From positions 992,872-1,056,871 of the forward strand of contig OY969784.1 in assembly GCA_963703055.1 (NCBI GenBank): DNA of 64,000 nt, read 5' to 3'. The DNA comes from an uncultured Alphaproteobacteria bacterium (GTDB lineage: Bacteria > Pseudomonadota > Alphaproteobacteria > Sphingomonadales > Sphingomonadaceae). The position numbers and the translations under genes are program-made. Within the stretch, counting starts at the first letter, position 1, and every line of letters starts with the position of its first letter. The notes under the pieces were generated by a model that worked only from the letters and a program-made list of their open reading frames with translations, ran no database searches and was not told the origin of the DNA. Below are positions 31,791 through 40,161 of this stretch, in pieces.

Positions 31791-33320
31791 ATGAGCGCAT
31801 TCGGAAAACGTGGAGGAATGGGCGGCGGGCGTCCCAATTTCGGCGTCGCAAAGCCAATGAAGGGTGGCGTTGGAGGCGGTCCAGTTCAGCCTTCGACCGA
31901 GCTTTCCGGCGGGGATCAGTTCCCACCGATCGACGAACTTACACCTTCAATGGATTCGCTGGGCGGAGATGCCGGCGCCGGCCAGATGGGGGCAATGGAT
32001 CGTCTTACTGCTCGACAAAATGCGAGCGGTGAAGCAGCGAGCAGTAGATCTGAAGGCTTTGAAGCTTCGGTCCATCGCATCAAAGAACAGGTCCTGCCGC
32101 GTCTGCTCGAGCGCGTTGATCCTGAAGCTGCGGCAACGTTAAGCAAAGATGAGCTCGCCGAGGAATTTCGACCGATCATTTCGGAAGTGCTTGCGGAACT
32201 CAAGATCACACTCAACCGGCGCGAGCAGTTCGCGCTCGAAAAGGTGCTTGTTGACGAACTTCTTGGGCTCGGACCGCTCGAGGAATTGCTTGCGGATCCT
32301 TCAATCAGCGACATCATGGTCAACGGTCCCGACCAAACCTACGTCGAACGCAAGGGCCGTCTCGAAGTCGCTCAAATCCAGTTTCGCGACGAGGAGCATC
32401 TGTTCCAGATCGCTCAGAGAATTGTCAACAAGGTTGGACGACGGATCGACCAGACAACCCCGCTCTGCGACGCTCGCCTTCAGGACGGAAGCCGTGTCAA
32501 CGTCATCGTTCCGCCTCTCTCGCTTCGCGGGACGGCGATCTCAATTCGTAAGTTTTCCGAGAAGCCAATCACGCTCGACATGATGAGAAGCTTCGGATCC
32601 ATGTCGGAGAAAATGGCGACGATTCTCAAGATTGCCGGGGCCACTCGGATGAACGTCGTGATTTCAGGAGGCACGGGCTCGGGCAAAACGACAATGCTCA
32701 ATGCGCTGTCCAAAATGATTGATCCGGGCGAACGCGTCATCACGATCGAAGATGCGGCCGAACTTCGGCTTCAGCAGCCGCATTGGCTTCCTCTCGAGAC
32801 CCGACCGGCGAACCTTGAAGGCCAGGGCGCGATCAGCATTCGCGACCTCGTGATCAACGCCCTTCGTATGAGGCCGGATCGGATCATCCTGGGCGAAATT
32901 CGTGGATCGGAATGTTTCGACCTCCTTGCGGCAATGAACACCGGTCACGACGGTTCGATGGCAACGCTTCACTCCAACTCTCCTCGCGAGTGTCTCGCGA
33001 GAATGGAGAACATGGTGATGATGAGCGACATCAAGATCCCAAAGGAAGCAATCAGTCGACAAATCGCGGACTCGGTCGATCTCATCGTCCAGGTGAAGCG
33101 TCTGAGGGACGGTTCAAGGCGTACAACGAACATCACCGAAGTCATCGGGATGGAAGGCGAAGTGATCGTCACTCAAGAGCTGTTCAAGTTCGAGTATCTC
33201 GACGAAACGCCTGACGGAAAAATCCTCGGCGAATATCGCTGCATGGGACTAAGGCCTTATACGCTCGAAAAGGCGAAGCAATTTGGCTTCGACCAGCCCT
33301 ATCTGGAGGCTTGTCTCTAA
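31791..33320 (+). CDS. cpaF: CpaF/TadA-family secretion ATPase (orphan)
   Basis: Gly-rich disordered N-terminus, VNGPDQTYVERKGRL, Walker A GGTGSGKTT, RPDRIILGEIRG, GHDGSMATLH. Confidence 0.85.
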   Translation: MSAFGKRGGMGGGRPNFGVAKPMKGGVGGGPVQPSTELSGGDQFPPIDELTPSMDSLGGDAGAGQMGAMDRLTARQNASGEAASSRSEGFEASVHRIKEQVLPRLLERVDPEAAATLSKDELAEEFRPIISEVLAELKITLNRREQFALEKVLVDELLGLGPLEELLADPSISDIMVNGPDQTYVERKGRLEVAQIQFRDEEHLFQIAQRIVNKVGRRIDQTTPLCDARLQDGSRVNVIVPPLSLRGTAISIRKFSEKPITLDMMRSFGSMSEKMATILKIAGATRMNVVISGGTGSGKTTMLNALSKMIDPGERVITIEDAAELRLQQPHWLPLETRPANLEGQGAISIRDLVINALRMRPDRIILGEIRGSECFDLLAAMNTGHDGSMATLHSNSPRECLARMENMVMMSDIKIPKEAISRQIADSVDLIVQVKRLRDGSRRTTNITEVIGMEGEVIVTQELFKFEYLDETPDGKILGEYRCMGLRPYTLEKAKQFGFDQPYLEACL

Positions 33321-33511
33321 GCGCTCCTTCGAGCGCGGGGCATCGATGGGCGTTCCGAAGTTCATCTTTCGGATCTCCGAACCAGTTTCTGCGCGCCTAG
33401 CGTTGCAGTTTCTTTCCGTCCGTTTACGAGGACGAGACACGCTCGTTTGCGCGTACTACATTTAAAACATCCTGGATCAGAACCGGCGCCATAACGTGGT
33501 GCCTTCGGAAC

Positions 33512-34802
33512 ATGCCCATGCCGTTGCCGCGCGTCGCGCAAAGTGCCGAACGGATAATCTACCGGATTGCCGGCTTGCCGATTGCGACTGCTGTCCTTTT
33601 CAGCAGCAAGGAGACCGACCGTTTAAGATCGGTATTCGCGAAGCGATATTGGCACCCCGAAAGTCCCAGCGAATGGTCCGAGCTGATCGCTGGGCTGGTC
33701 CTCTGGCCGCTCGTTCTCATAGCCGCTTCGATCTGGTCCACATCGCGCAACGGCGTGGTGATTAAGAGGCGCTCCGGATCAGGCATCGCGTCCCAGCTGA
33801 AAGAACAGATATCATTCTACTTCACCTCAGGGATCCTCGCTCCCTGGTACTATATTTTTTCCCTTCACGATGACGGCGCGAACCGAGCGAAGAGCTTCCT
33901 GCACCGCTTCGAAACGAAAACATGCTACTTCAAGCTTCTCAAACGCAAAAAGGGATCGCCCCTCACCAACAAGCCCCGCTTTGCCGAATACTGTACAGCC
34001 CACGGCATTCGTTGCGTACAAACCCTCGCCAGCTTTTGTGGATCCGATACTGGACAATCGCTTCCCGACTGCGATCTTTTCGTAAAGCCGATTGCTGGAA
34101 GAGGCGGCCGAGGGGCCGAGCGCTGGGATTTCAGCGGTCCTTCGACTTTTGTTGGTCCCGAGGGTGAACGGCTCGAAAAAGACGAACTCGTCGACCGGCT
34201 CACCGAGCGTTCGAAACGAACGCCAGTCCTTGTTCAGCAGCGCATGACTCCTCACCCCGAGCTTGCGGCGGTGACGTCCGGCGCTTTGCCGACATTGCGC
34301 GTCCTCACCTGCCTCAATGAACAGGATAGGCCCGAGGTTGCAGCGGCCATGGTACGCATGTCCTTCGGGGAAAACCGGACCGTCGACAATCTCCATGCAG
34401 GAGGAATTGGCGCGCTGGTGGAGGTCGAATTCGGGCAGACTTTCAAAGGCGAGCAATCTTGGTTCCGATGCTCGGCTCGGATGGTTTTCTTCGCATCCCG
34501 ACACTGGCTCGCCGATCGAAGGGAGGGTGATTCCATTTTGGAAAGAGGTCAAGCAACAGGCGCTCGACGCCCATCTTCACTTTAATGATCGAGTGGTTAT
34601 CGGCTGGGACGTCGCAATCCTCGAAGACGGTCCGATCCTTATCGAGGGCAACGGCAATCCGGATCTTGATATTCTTCAGCGCTTCATGCGCATCGGACTT
34701 CGAAACCAAAGATTTGCAACTCTCCTCGTTCATCAACTCCTTAAGCGCGGCGCCATTCAAGAGGCTTGGGCGGAAAGTCCGACGTCAAGCGGTAGCTGTT
34801 AA
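33512..34802 (+). pseudogene. membrane-anchored sugar-transfer-associated ATP-grasp (ATPgrasp_ST-like), +1 frameshift near 34433-34435
   Basis: ..LFVKPIAGRGGRG..VLVQQR..NLHAGGIGALVEVEFG continues in the next frame as RLSKASNLG..HPDTGSPIEGRVIPFW..IGWDVAILEDGPILIEGNGNPD. The span is 3n+1. Confidence 0.75.
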
Positions 34803-34903
34803 AATACGCTAATTTAATTTTCATTCCCCGCGAACGGTTCGACAAACCGAGGCCAGTGCACTGGTTTCGACGACGTTCGTGCGTAGGCGACCAAACGAGT
34901 AAA

Positions 34904-35320
34904 TTATTGGGACGAATGCCTCCCCTGAACCATTTTCCAACCATTGCCCGAGGGATCCCGGAAACTCGAATCCACGTTCCCATAGCGCTCGGTTGGTTCT
35001 TGAATGAATTCAACGCCGCGGGAACGCATTTCATCATAGCAACGGCGGCAATCGTCGACCACGAGGACCAGTGGCGGCATTGCGCCTTTCGCCACCACTT
35101 CGTTGACGGTTTGCGCGGTTGAATCGTCGACCATCGGCTGCTGAGGTCTGAAAAGACCAAGCTGAAATGTGGGCTGATCGGGATGGCTAACAGTGAGCCA
35201 GCGATAATCCCCGTTGCGAACATCGGTGTGGACCTCAAATCCCAGCTTTTCGACATAGAATTGCAGTGCTTCGTCTTGATCCCGGACGTAAATTCCTGCG
35301 ACTTGCACACCCTGGCTCAT
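34904..35320 (-). CDS. VOC/glyoxalase-bleomycin-resistance family protein
   Basis: VRDQDEALQFYVEKLGFEV...FRDPSGNGW pattern. Confidence 0.85.
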   Translation of the reverse strand: MSQGVQVAGIYVRDQDEALQFYVEKLGFEVHTDVRNGDYRWLTVSHPDQPTFQLGLFRPQQPMVDDSTAQTVNEVVAKGAMPPLVLVVDDCRRCYDEMRSRGVEFIQEPTERYGNVDSSFRDPSGNGWKMVQGRHSSQ

Positions 35321-35334
35321 AAGACCTCCGTTCC

Positions 35335-35799
35335 TCAGGACTCCTTATCGCTCTCCCTTAGCCGCCGCTTCTCCAAAACTGCGATTGTTAAGTCGGGGCG
35401 CTGTGCAGCGCTAACGAAGCAGTGAGGGACGATGTCGAGCGGTTGCCGCCTAGATTGTTCGCGTGCGCGAAGATCGCTTGGGCTTTCGCCGAGGATTTCG
35501 CGGAAGACCCGGCCAAAGGATCCAAGACTGTTCCATCCTGTCTCAAACGCGATCGTCGTAATTGGCAGATCGGTATCTCTGAGCAAGGCTTTCGCCCGCT
35601 CTATTCGCCGCGTGAGGAGATAGCGGTGTGGAGGCACTCCAAAAGCCTCCTTGAACATCCGCGCGAAATGCGCGTCCGAGACGCCGCTCACCTGTGCAAG
35701 CTGGCGGACAGTCAAACCGTCATAGAAGGCAACGTCCATCCGATCCTTGGCTCGCAGCAAACGTCGCAAAAGCTGCGGATCCCTTGAGATCCTAGTCAC
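35335..35799 (-). CDS. AraC-family transcriptional regulator (HTH only, 154 aa)
   Basis: Dual HTH_18 (LTVRQLAQVSGVSDAHFARMFKEAFGVPPHRYL..RIERAKALL). Directly upstream of the VOC gene. Confidence 0.8.
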   Translation of the reverse strand: MTRISRDPQLLRRLLRAKDRMDVAFYDGLTVRQLAQVSGVSDAHFARMFKEAFGVPPHRYLLTRRIERAKALLRDTDLPITTIAFETGWNSLGSFGRVFREILGESPSDLRAREQSRRQPLDIVPHCFVSAAQRPDLTIAVLEKRRLRESDKES

Positions 35800-35922
35800 G
35801 ATCGCGCGATATCACAGCGGTCCATTCGAGGGCCAATGTTTCAACGGTCGCGGACATTCCATCGCAGCGATTAAGCCGCTAGTCTGCCCTTCAGTGAAAC
35901 CCTTATACTGAGGAGATCAAAG

Positions 35923-36147
35923 ATGCGCGCTTCCCGACTTGTCATTCTCGCGGCAATTCCCGCTTCGCTCTTTGCGACTACTCCGCTTTCCGCGAAAGGG
36001 TGCATCCGAGGCGCCGTTGTTGGCGGCATAGCGGGTCATTACGCCCACCATCACGCGGTTGCCGGTGCAATTGCTGGCTGCGCCGCAGGACACCTTTACT
36101 ATAAGCACAAAGCCCATGTGGCGGCGAAGGCGGCTCATCACGGCTAA
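35923..36147 (+). CDS. small secreted His-rich glycine-zipper protein
   Basis: Signal peptide (MRASRLVILAAIPASLFATTPLSA), then GAVVGGIAGHYAHHHAVAGAIAGCAAGH. GAGGAG SD. Confidence 0.6.
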   Translation: MRASRLVILAAIPASLFATTPLSAKGCIRGAVVGGIAGHYAHHHAVAGAIAGCAAGHLYYKHKAHVAAKAAHHG

Positions 36148-36228
36148 GCGGACCTAGAAATGCAAAGCGGTAGGGCCTCTTTGCATAACTGGGCTGAGTT
36201 TGGTCGGTAAAAGTCGAAACACCGCTGC

Positions 36229-36252
36229 GAACGAATATTCCGCTGATGCGTT
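36229..36252 (+). promoter_or_regulatory. EcfG-type (general stress response) promoter candidate GAAC-N16-CGTT
   Basis: cGAAC(36229-36232)-N16-CGTT(36249-36252), about 30 bp upstream of the csbD ATG. Confidence 0.4.
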
Positions 36253-36282
36253 GTGATCTCCAAACCGAATGGGAGAACAACC

Positions 36283-36528
36283 ATGAATGACCACGACAAT
36301 CAAAACGACGACACGAACAGTGGCATCGACAGTGACCGGACCGAAGGCAGCCTTAAACAGGCAAGCGGAAAGATAAAAGAAGGCGCCGGTAGCCTGTTCG
36401 GCGATGAAAAAATGAAAAGCGAAGGCGAAGCGGACCAGGCCAAGGGCAAAATCCAGAATGCCTGGGGCAGTATGAAAGACGAAGTGCGTGAAGCCGTCGG
36501 TCACGACGACGACCGCAGCGACGATTGA
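36283..36528 (+). CDS. csbD: CsbD-family stress protein
   Basis: GSLKQASGKIKEGAGSLFGDEKMKSEGEADQAKGKIQNAWG is a classic CsbD repeat. GGGAGA SD. Confidence 0.85.
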   Translation: MNDHDNQNDDTNSGIDSDRTEGSLKQASGKIKEGAGSLFGDEKMKSEGEADQAKGKIQNAWGSMKDEVREAVGHDDDRSDD

Positions 36529-36553
36529 AACCGGTTCAACTCAAGATCATTTG

Positions 36554-36580
36554 GGCCCAGCCGTTCGGCTGGGCCTTTTT
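36554..36580 (+). terminator. Rho-independent terminator after csbD
   Basis: GGCCCAGCC-gttc-GGCTGGGCC followed by TTTTT. Confidence 0.75.
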
Positions 36581-36653
36581 CTATCCAAATCGCCATTTCC
36601 TGCCGTCTAAGGTCCCTTGGAACCATCAGTCACACATCAGAATTTAAACCGCG

Positions 36654-37514
36654 GTGAGATCGATCAGGAGCGTATGTCGAGCGCTTTTCCCCTGCTGTTT
36701 TTGGAGACCATGGTTCAGCTCCCATCTTTTCACCGGACCTGAAGTCGTGAGTGCGCACAAGCAATCGCGACATCGCAGGCATCGACCAACCGACAAATGG
36801 CAGGGTATTTCCATCGAAGGGCGACGCCTGATTGCGGAATTTTGGGGAACGCTCCTTCTCACTCTTGTCGCAACCGGAGCTTTAGCACTTCACAAATTGA
36901 ACCCAAACGAGGTGTCATCAGCAGCAGCAGCAGTTGCTCCCGGAGCAATGGTCATGACCGTGATCTATTTTATGGGATCGGTCAGCGGGGCTCACGTCAA
37001 CCCTGCGGTGACAATTGCCTTTGCGCTTCGGCGCAATTTCCCGTGGGTTCGGGTTCCAGGTTATATTGTCGCCCAGCTTGCAGGAGCGGTTTGCGGGGCT
37101 TTCTTAATATTCGAGCTTGTGGGCTCACAAGCGGTACTTGGCGCCACGACCCCCGCACATGGCTTTTCCACGATCCGAGCGGTTGGACTTGAGGTGCTTC
37201 TCACAACGGCTTTGGTGAACACGATCCTTGGAACCGCGTCCGAAGAAGGCTTTCTCGGGCCCAACGCGGCCATTCCTGTAGGTGCCTATATCAGTCTCGC
37301 CGGGCTGTGGGCCGGGTCGCTGACCGGAGCATCGATGAACCCCGCTCGTTCAATCGGGCCCGATGTGATCGGCGGCGATGGTTCAAACGTATGGATTTAT
37401 GTCCTCGGGCCGCTGCTTGGCGCCACAGTTGGAGTGGCGATCGAATGGATTTTGAAAGGACCACCGAGTTCCGCAGGTACACGAGCGGCGCAGGGAAAGG
37501 GCACTGCCGGGTGA
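36654..37514 (+). CDS. MIP/aquaporin-family channel
   Basis: Two NPA boxes (HVNPAVTIAF, SMNPARSIGP). The start (GTG 36654) is uncertain. Confidence 0.85.
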   Translation: MRSIRSVCRALFPCCFWRPWFSSHLFTGPEVVSAHKQSRHRRHRPTDKWQGISIEGRRLIAEFWGTLLLTLVATGALALHKLNPNEVSSAAAAVAPGAMVMTVIYFMGSVSGAHVNPAVTIAFALRRNFPWVRVPGYIVAQLAGAVCGAFLIFELVGSQAVLGATTPAHGFSTIRAVGLEVLLTTALVNTILGTASEEGFLGPNAAIPVGAYISLAGLWAGSLTGASMNPARSIGPDVIGGDGSNVWIYVLGPLLGATVGVAIEWILKGPPSSAGTRAAQGKGTAG

Positions 37515-37912
37515 TAAGCCCCAGGGCAGTCAGACTATTTTCTATTCAATGTCTGAACGATTTGCTCCGGTTGCAATAACCTTCGAGCATGCGATGGAAT
37601 TTGGCGGCCGCGCGAAGAGCCACGCTAAGTCGCTGCTTCTTGACAGGCTAGGTAGCCGATTTGCCCAATAAAACCGGGAACATTCAACGATTCAGGTTCA
37701 TATCGAACCAGTCGAATACTGCCGGGGCAAATCGCACCTAAGCACTGCAGTGCGAATGCACGGACTGAAGGTGTTTTCCTTCAATCTTCTGGCTTCCTCG
37801 AGAGCGGAGTTGGCATTCTGAACCGAAAAGTACGCCTTTTCGCGATGCGCATGTGATACATCCGATCGCAGTTTTCTGCTCAAGCATCGAACTTGCAGAA
37901 TCTAGTGTTATC

Positions 37913-37930
37913 CACTAAGTCAGCCTTATG
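37913..37930 (+). repeat. left copy of an imperfect direct repeat flanking vapBC (CACTAAGTcagcCTTATG)
   Basis: Shares CACTAAGT and (C/T)TTATG with 38638-38658. It overlaps the antitoxin start codon. Confidence 0.25.
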
Positions 37931-38158
37931 GAACGAGCAATTACCGCGAGCGAGGCAAACCAGCACTTTTCCGAGCTGCTCCGCGATGTCGCGGACGGAC
38001 AGAGCTTCACTGTGACGTCGCGGGGCCGTCCTGTTGCGCGTGTCCTGCCCATCGATCGCCAAGAGGAAAGCCGGTCAGTTCGAGGATTGCTAAAATTCTT
38101 GGCCGGTTTGCCCGTGCGTCATTTTGCCAATTGGTCACGCGACGATCTTTACGAATGA
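37928..38158 (+). CDS. type II antitoxin, Phd/YefM family
   Basis: ITASEANQHFSELLRDVADGQSFTVTSRGRPVARVLP. ATGA overlap with the downstream PIN gene. Confidence 0.8.
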   Translation: MERAITASEANQHFSELLRDVADGQSFTVTSRGRPVARVLPIDRQEESRSVRGLLKFLAGLPVRHFANWSRDDLYE

Positions 38159-38619
38159 TCCGCGTCGCCCTTGATAGCAACGTCCTGGCGTATCTTGCGG
38201 GGGTCAGCCGATCTAGCGAAGACGAGGCGAAAATCACTGAGGTTCGCTCGTTAATAGAACAGCTCGCAAATCACGTAAGCCTCATTGCACCAGCTCAAGC
38301 CTTGGGCGAGTTGTTCGTTGTCCTCCGCCGCAGTGGCGCTCCCGCAGACGATGCCCGTTCCATTCTGATCGAGTTCACGGACGCCTTTGGGACGTCGGCG
38401 TCCGAATCGAGCTCGATTCTCGCCGCCGCTGATCTGGTGGTCGATCATAAGCTGCAGTTTTGGGATTCGTTGATCCTGACAGCCGCGGCAAACGCAGGCT
38501 GCACCCTGCTCTTGTCGGAAGATATGCAGAGCGGCTTCATCACGCGCGGCGTGACGATTGTTGACCCGTTTTCTAAGCCTCTCCATCCCAAGTTGGGTGC
38601 ACTTCAACCCGTATCGTAA
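38155..38619 (+). CDS. vapC: PIN-domain toxin (VapC-like)
   Basis: MIRVALDSNVL.. N-terminal acidic residue, ..FWDSLIL..LLSEDM.. PIN signature. Confidence 0.85.
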   Translation: MIRVALDSNVLAYLAGVSRSSEDEAKITEVRSLIEQLANHVSLIAPAQALGELFVVLRRSGAPADDARSILIEFTDAFGTSASESSSILAAADLVVDHKLQFWDSLILTAAANAGCTLLLSEDMQSGFITRGVTIVDPFSKPLHPKLGALQPVS

Positions 38620-38637
38620 GGCAGACTATCTTTGCAT

Positions 38638-38658
38638 CACTAAGTAGCTGACTTTATG
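38638..38658 (+). repeat. right copy of the imperfect direct repeat flanking vapBC (CACTAAGTagctgaCTTTATG)
   Basis: See 37913-37930. It lies in the AT-rich spacer between the vapC stop and the tRNA-Val 3' end. Confidence 0.25.
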
Positions 38659-38668
38659 AGAGAAAAAA

Positions 38669-38743
38669 TGGTGGGCGTGGCAAGGATTGAACTTGCGACC
38701 CCTGCGATGTCAACACAGTGCTCTACCACTGAGCTACACGCCC
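38669..38743 (-). tRNA. tRNA-Val (anticodon GAC)
   Basis: The reverse complement GGGCGTGTAGCTCAGTGGTAGAGCACTGTGTTGACATCGCAGGGGTCGCAAGTTCAATCCTTGCCACGCCCACCA folds into a full cloverleaf. The anticodon loop is TTGACAT and CCA is encoded. Confidence 0.95.
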
Positions 38744-38809
38744 ACCCGGGTTGTGCAGGGGCCATTTAGGGTCCCGATTGGGTACGCGCAACAGGCTTTG
38801 ATGATGGCC

Positions 38810-39187
38810 TTAAAGCCGGCCGTGCTGATCCTCGGTTTGAAAGACCCGATCGACTTCCATCACCAGGTCCTTCAAATGGAATGGCTTTGAAAGAAGCTTT
38901 GCCTCCGGTGCCGTTCTCCCGCCCTGAAGCGCAACTGCTGCAAATCCAGTGATGAACATCACGCGAATTGACGGATCGATGGCGCTTGCCTTTTGAGCGA
39001 GTTCGATGCCGTCCATTTCCGGCATGACGATATCGGTCAGAAGGAGGTCGAAATGCTCGCTCTGAAGGAGGGGCATTGCTTCGGTGCCGCAGCCGACCGC
39101 TTCGACTTCATAGCCGACGCGCTGCAGCGCACGCTGCAGATATTCGCGCATCGACGTATCGTCTTCGGCAAGGAGTATTCGTGCCAT
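38810..39187 (-). CDS. cpdR: single-domain response regulator, CpdR-like
   Basis: MARILLAEDD...LLLTDIVMPEMDG...SKPF receiver domain with no output domain. Confidence 0.8.
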   Translation of the reverse strand: MARILLAEDDTSMREYLQRALQRVGYEVEAVGCGTEAMPLLQSEHFDLLLTDIVMPEMDGIELAQKASAIDPSIRVMFITGFAAVALQGGRTAPEAKLLSKPFHLKDLVMEVDRVFQTEDQHGRL

Positions 39188-39309
39188 AACGCCTCTATGC
39201 TCTCACGAAATGCGTTTTGCCAGAAGCGAAAAACGCGCTCATGCGTTGCAGCGCCTCAATACCAGTCCTAAACTGGCACACTAATATAAGATCGGCGTGA
39301 AAGCTCATT

Positions 39310-40149
39310 GTGACGCTGCTTGCTCCACCAATTGTCCAATCATCGCGTGGTTCCCTCCCGTTGCTGCTCTCGGTTCCGCATTCAGGACGAGACTATCCCG
39401 AGTGGCTGCTGGAGAGTGCCTCCGGCGGGAAAACGGCGCTCGCGACGCTCGAAGATCCGCTAGTCGACCGTCTCATATGGCGCGCACTCAACCGGGGATG
39501 TGCAGCAGTGATTGCTCGTGCTCCAAGAGCCGCCGTCGACTGCAATCGAGCCGAGGACGATATCGACCCCTCGGTCATCGATGGGCCGGCACGCGGGAGG
39601 GTCACGGTTCGTGCTCGAGGCGGCCTTGGGATCGTTCCTTCTCGAACGCAGCAGCATGGGTTTCTCTGGCGTCGTCCAATCTCGCCCTTGCAACTCGAAG
39701 AGCGCCTCGATCAGGTTCACCGTCCCTATCATGACGCGATCGACGACCAACTCGCAAAGCTGGTCGATCGCTTCGGCTGCGCTTTGCTCATCGACTGCCA
39801 TTCGATGCCCCCACCGCAGAAGGGGAGTGCGCCCATCGTGTTTGGCGACAGCCATGGTCGGACGTGCGATGCCTGGGTCAGCTGCCAAGCAGTGGATATC
39901 GCGCGAAGATTCAACTTCATGGCGGCACTCAACGACCCATTTGCGGGAGGTCATGTGATCGAGCGGCATGGGCGTCCCGAACGCAATATCCATGCGCTCC
40001 AAATCGAGGTCGACCGCAGGTCCTACCTCGATCAATCACTCAAAAAGCCAGGCGCCGGGTTCGACCACGTCGCAGCCTTGATAGATGGACTTTCCGCCGA
40101 GCTCGCCGAGGAACTACTTGGACGTCAGTTCGCGACCGCCGCGGAATAG
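39310..40149 (+). CDS. N-formylglutamate amidohydrolase family protein
   Basis: LLLSVPHSGRDYP...DCNR...LIDCHSM motifs of the FGase family. Confidence 0.8.
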   Translation: MTLLAPPIVQSSRGSLPLLLSVPHSGRDYPEWLLESASGGKTALATLEDPLVDRLIWRALNRGCAAVIARAPRAAVDCNRAEDDIDPSVIDGPARGRVTVRARGGLGIVPSRTQQHGFLWRRPISPLQLEERLDQVHRPYHDAIDDQLAKLVDRFGCALLIDCHSMPPPQKGSAPIVFGDSHGRTCDAWVSCQAVDIARRFNFMAALNDPFAGGHVIERHGRPERNIHALQIEVDRRSYLDQSLKKPGAGFDHVAALIDGLSAELAEELLGRQFATAAE

Positions 40150-40161
40150 CAAACTCGAAAC

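Noticed and set aside
36601-36653. GGAAC motif upstream of the aquaporin gene as a second EcfG promoter.
   Set aside because: The -10 position 16-17 nt downstream reads GAAT/AATT, not CGTT.
37698-37883. 61-aa minus-strand ORF in the AT-richer spacer upstream of vapBC.
   Set aside because: It has no ribosome-binding site, no recognisable family and marginal length. It may be a gene remnant but cannot be supported.
34800-38743. A larger genomic island integrated at tRNA-Val, covering VOC/AraC, the stress genes, the aquaporin and vapBC.
   Set aside because: I found no integrase, no recognisable duplicate of the tRNA 3' end, and no mobility genes. Only the vapBC-proximal part shows any boundary-like repeats.
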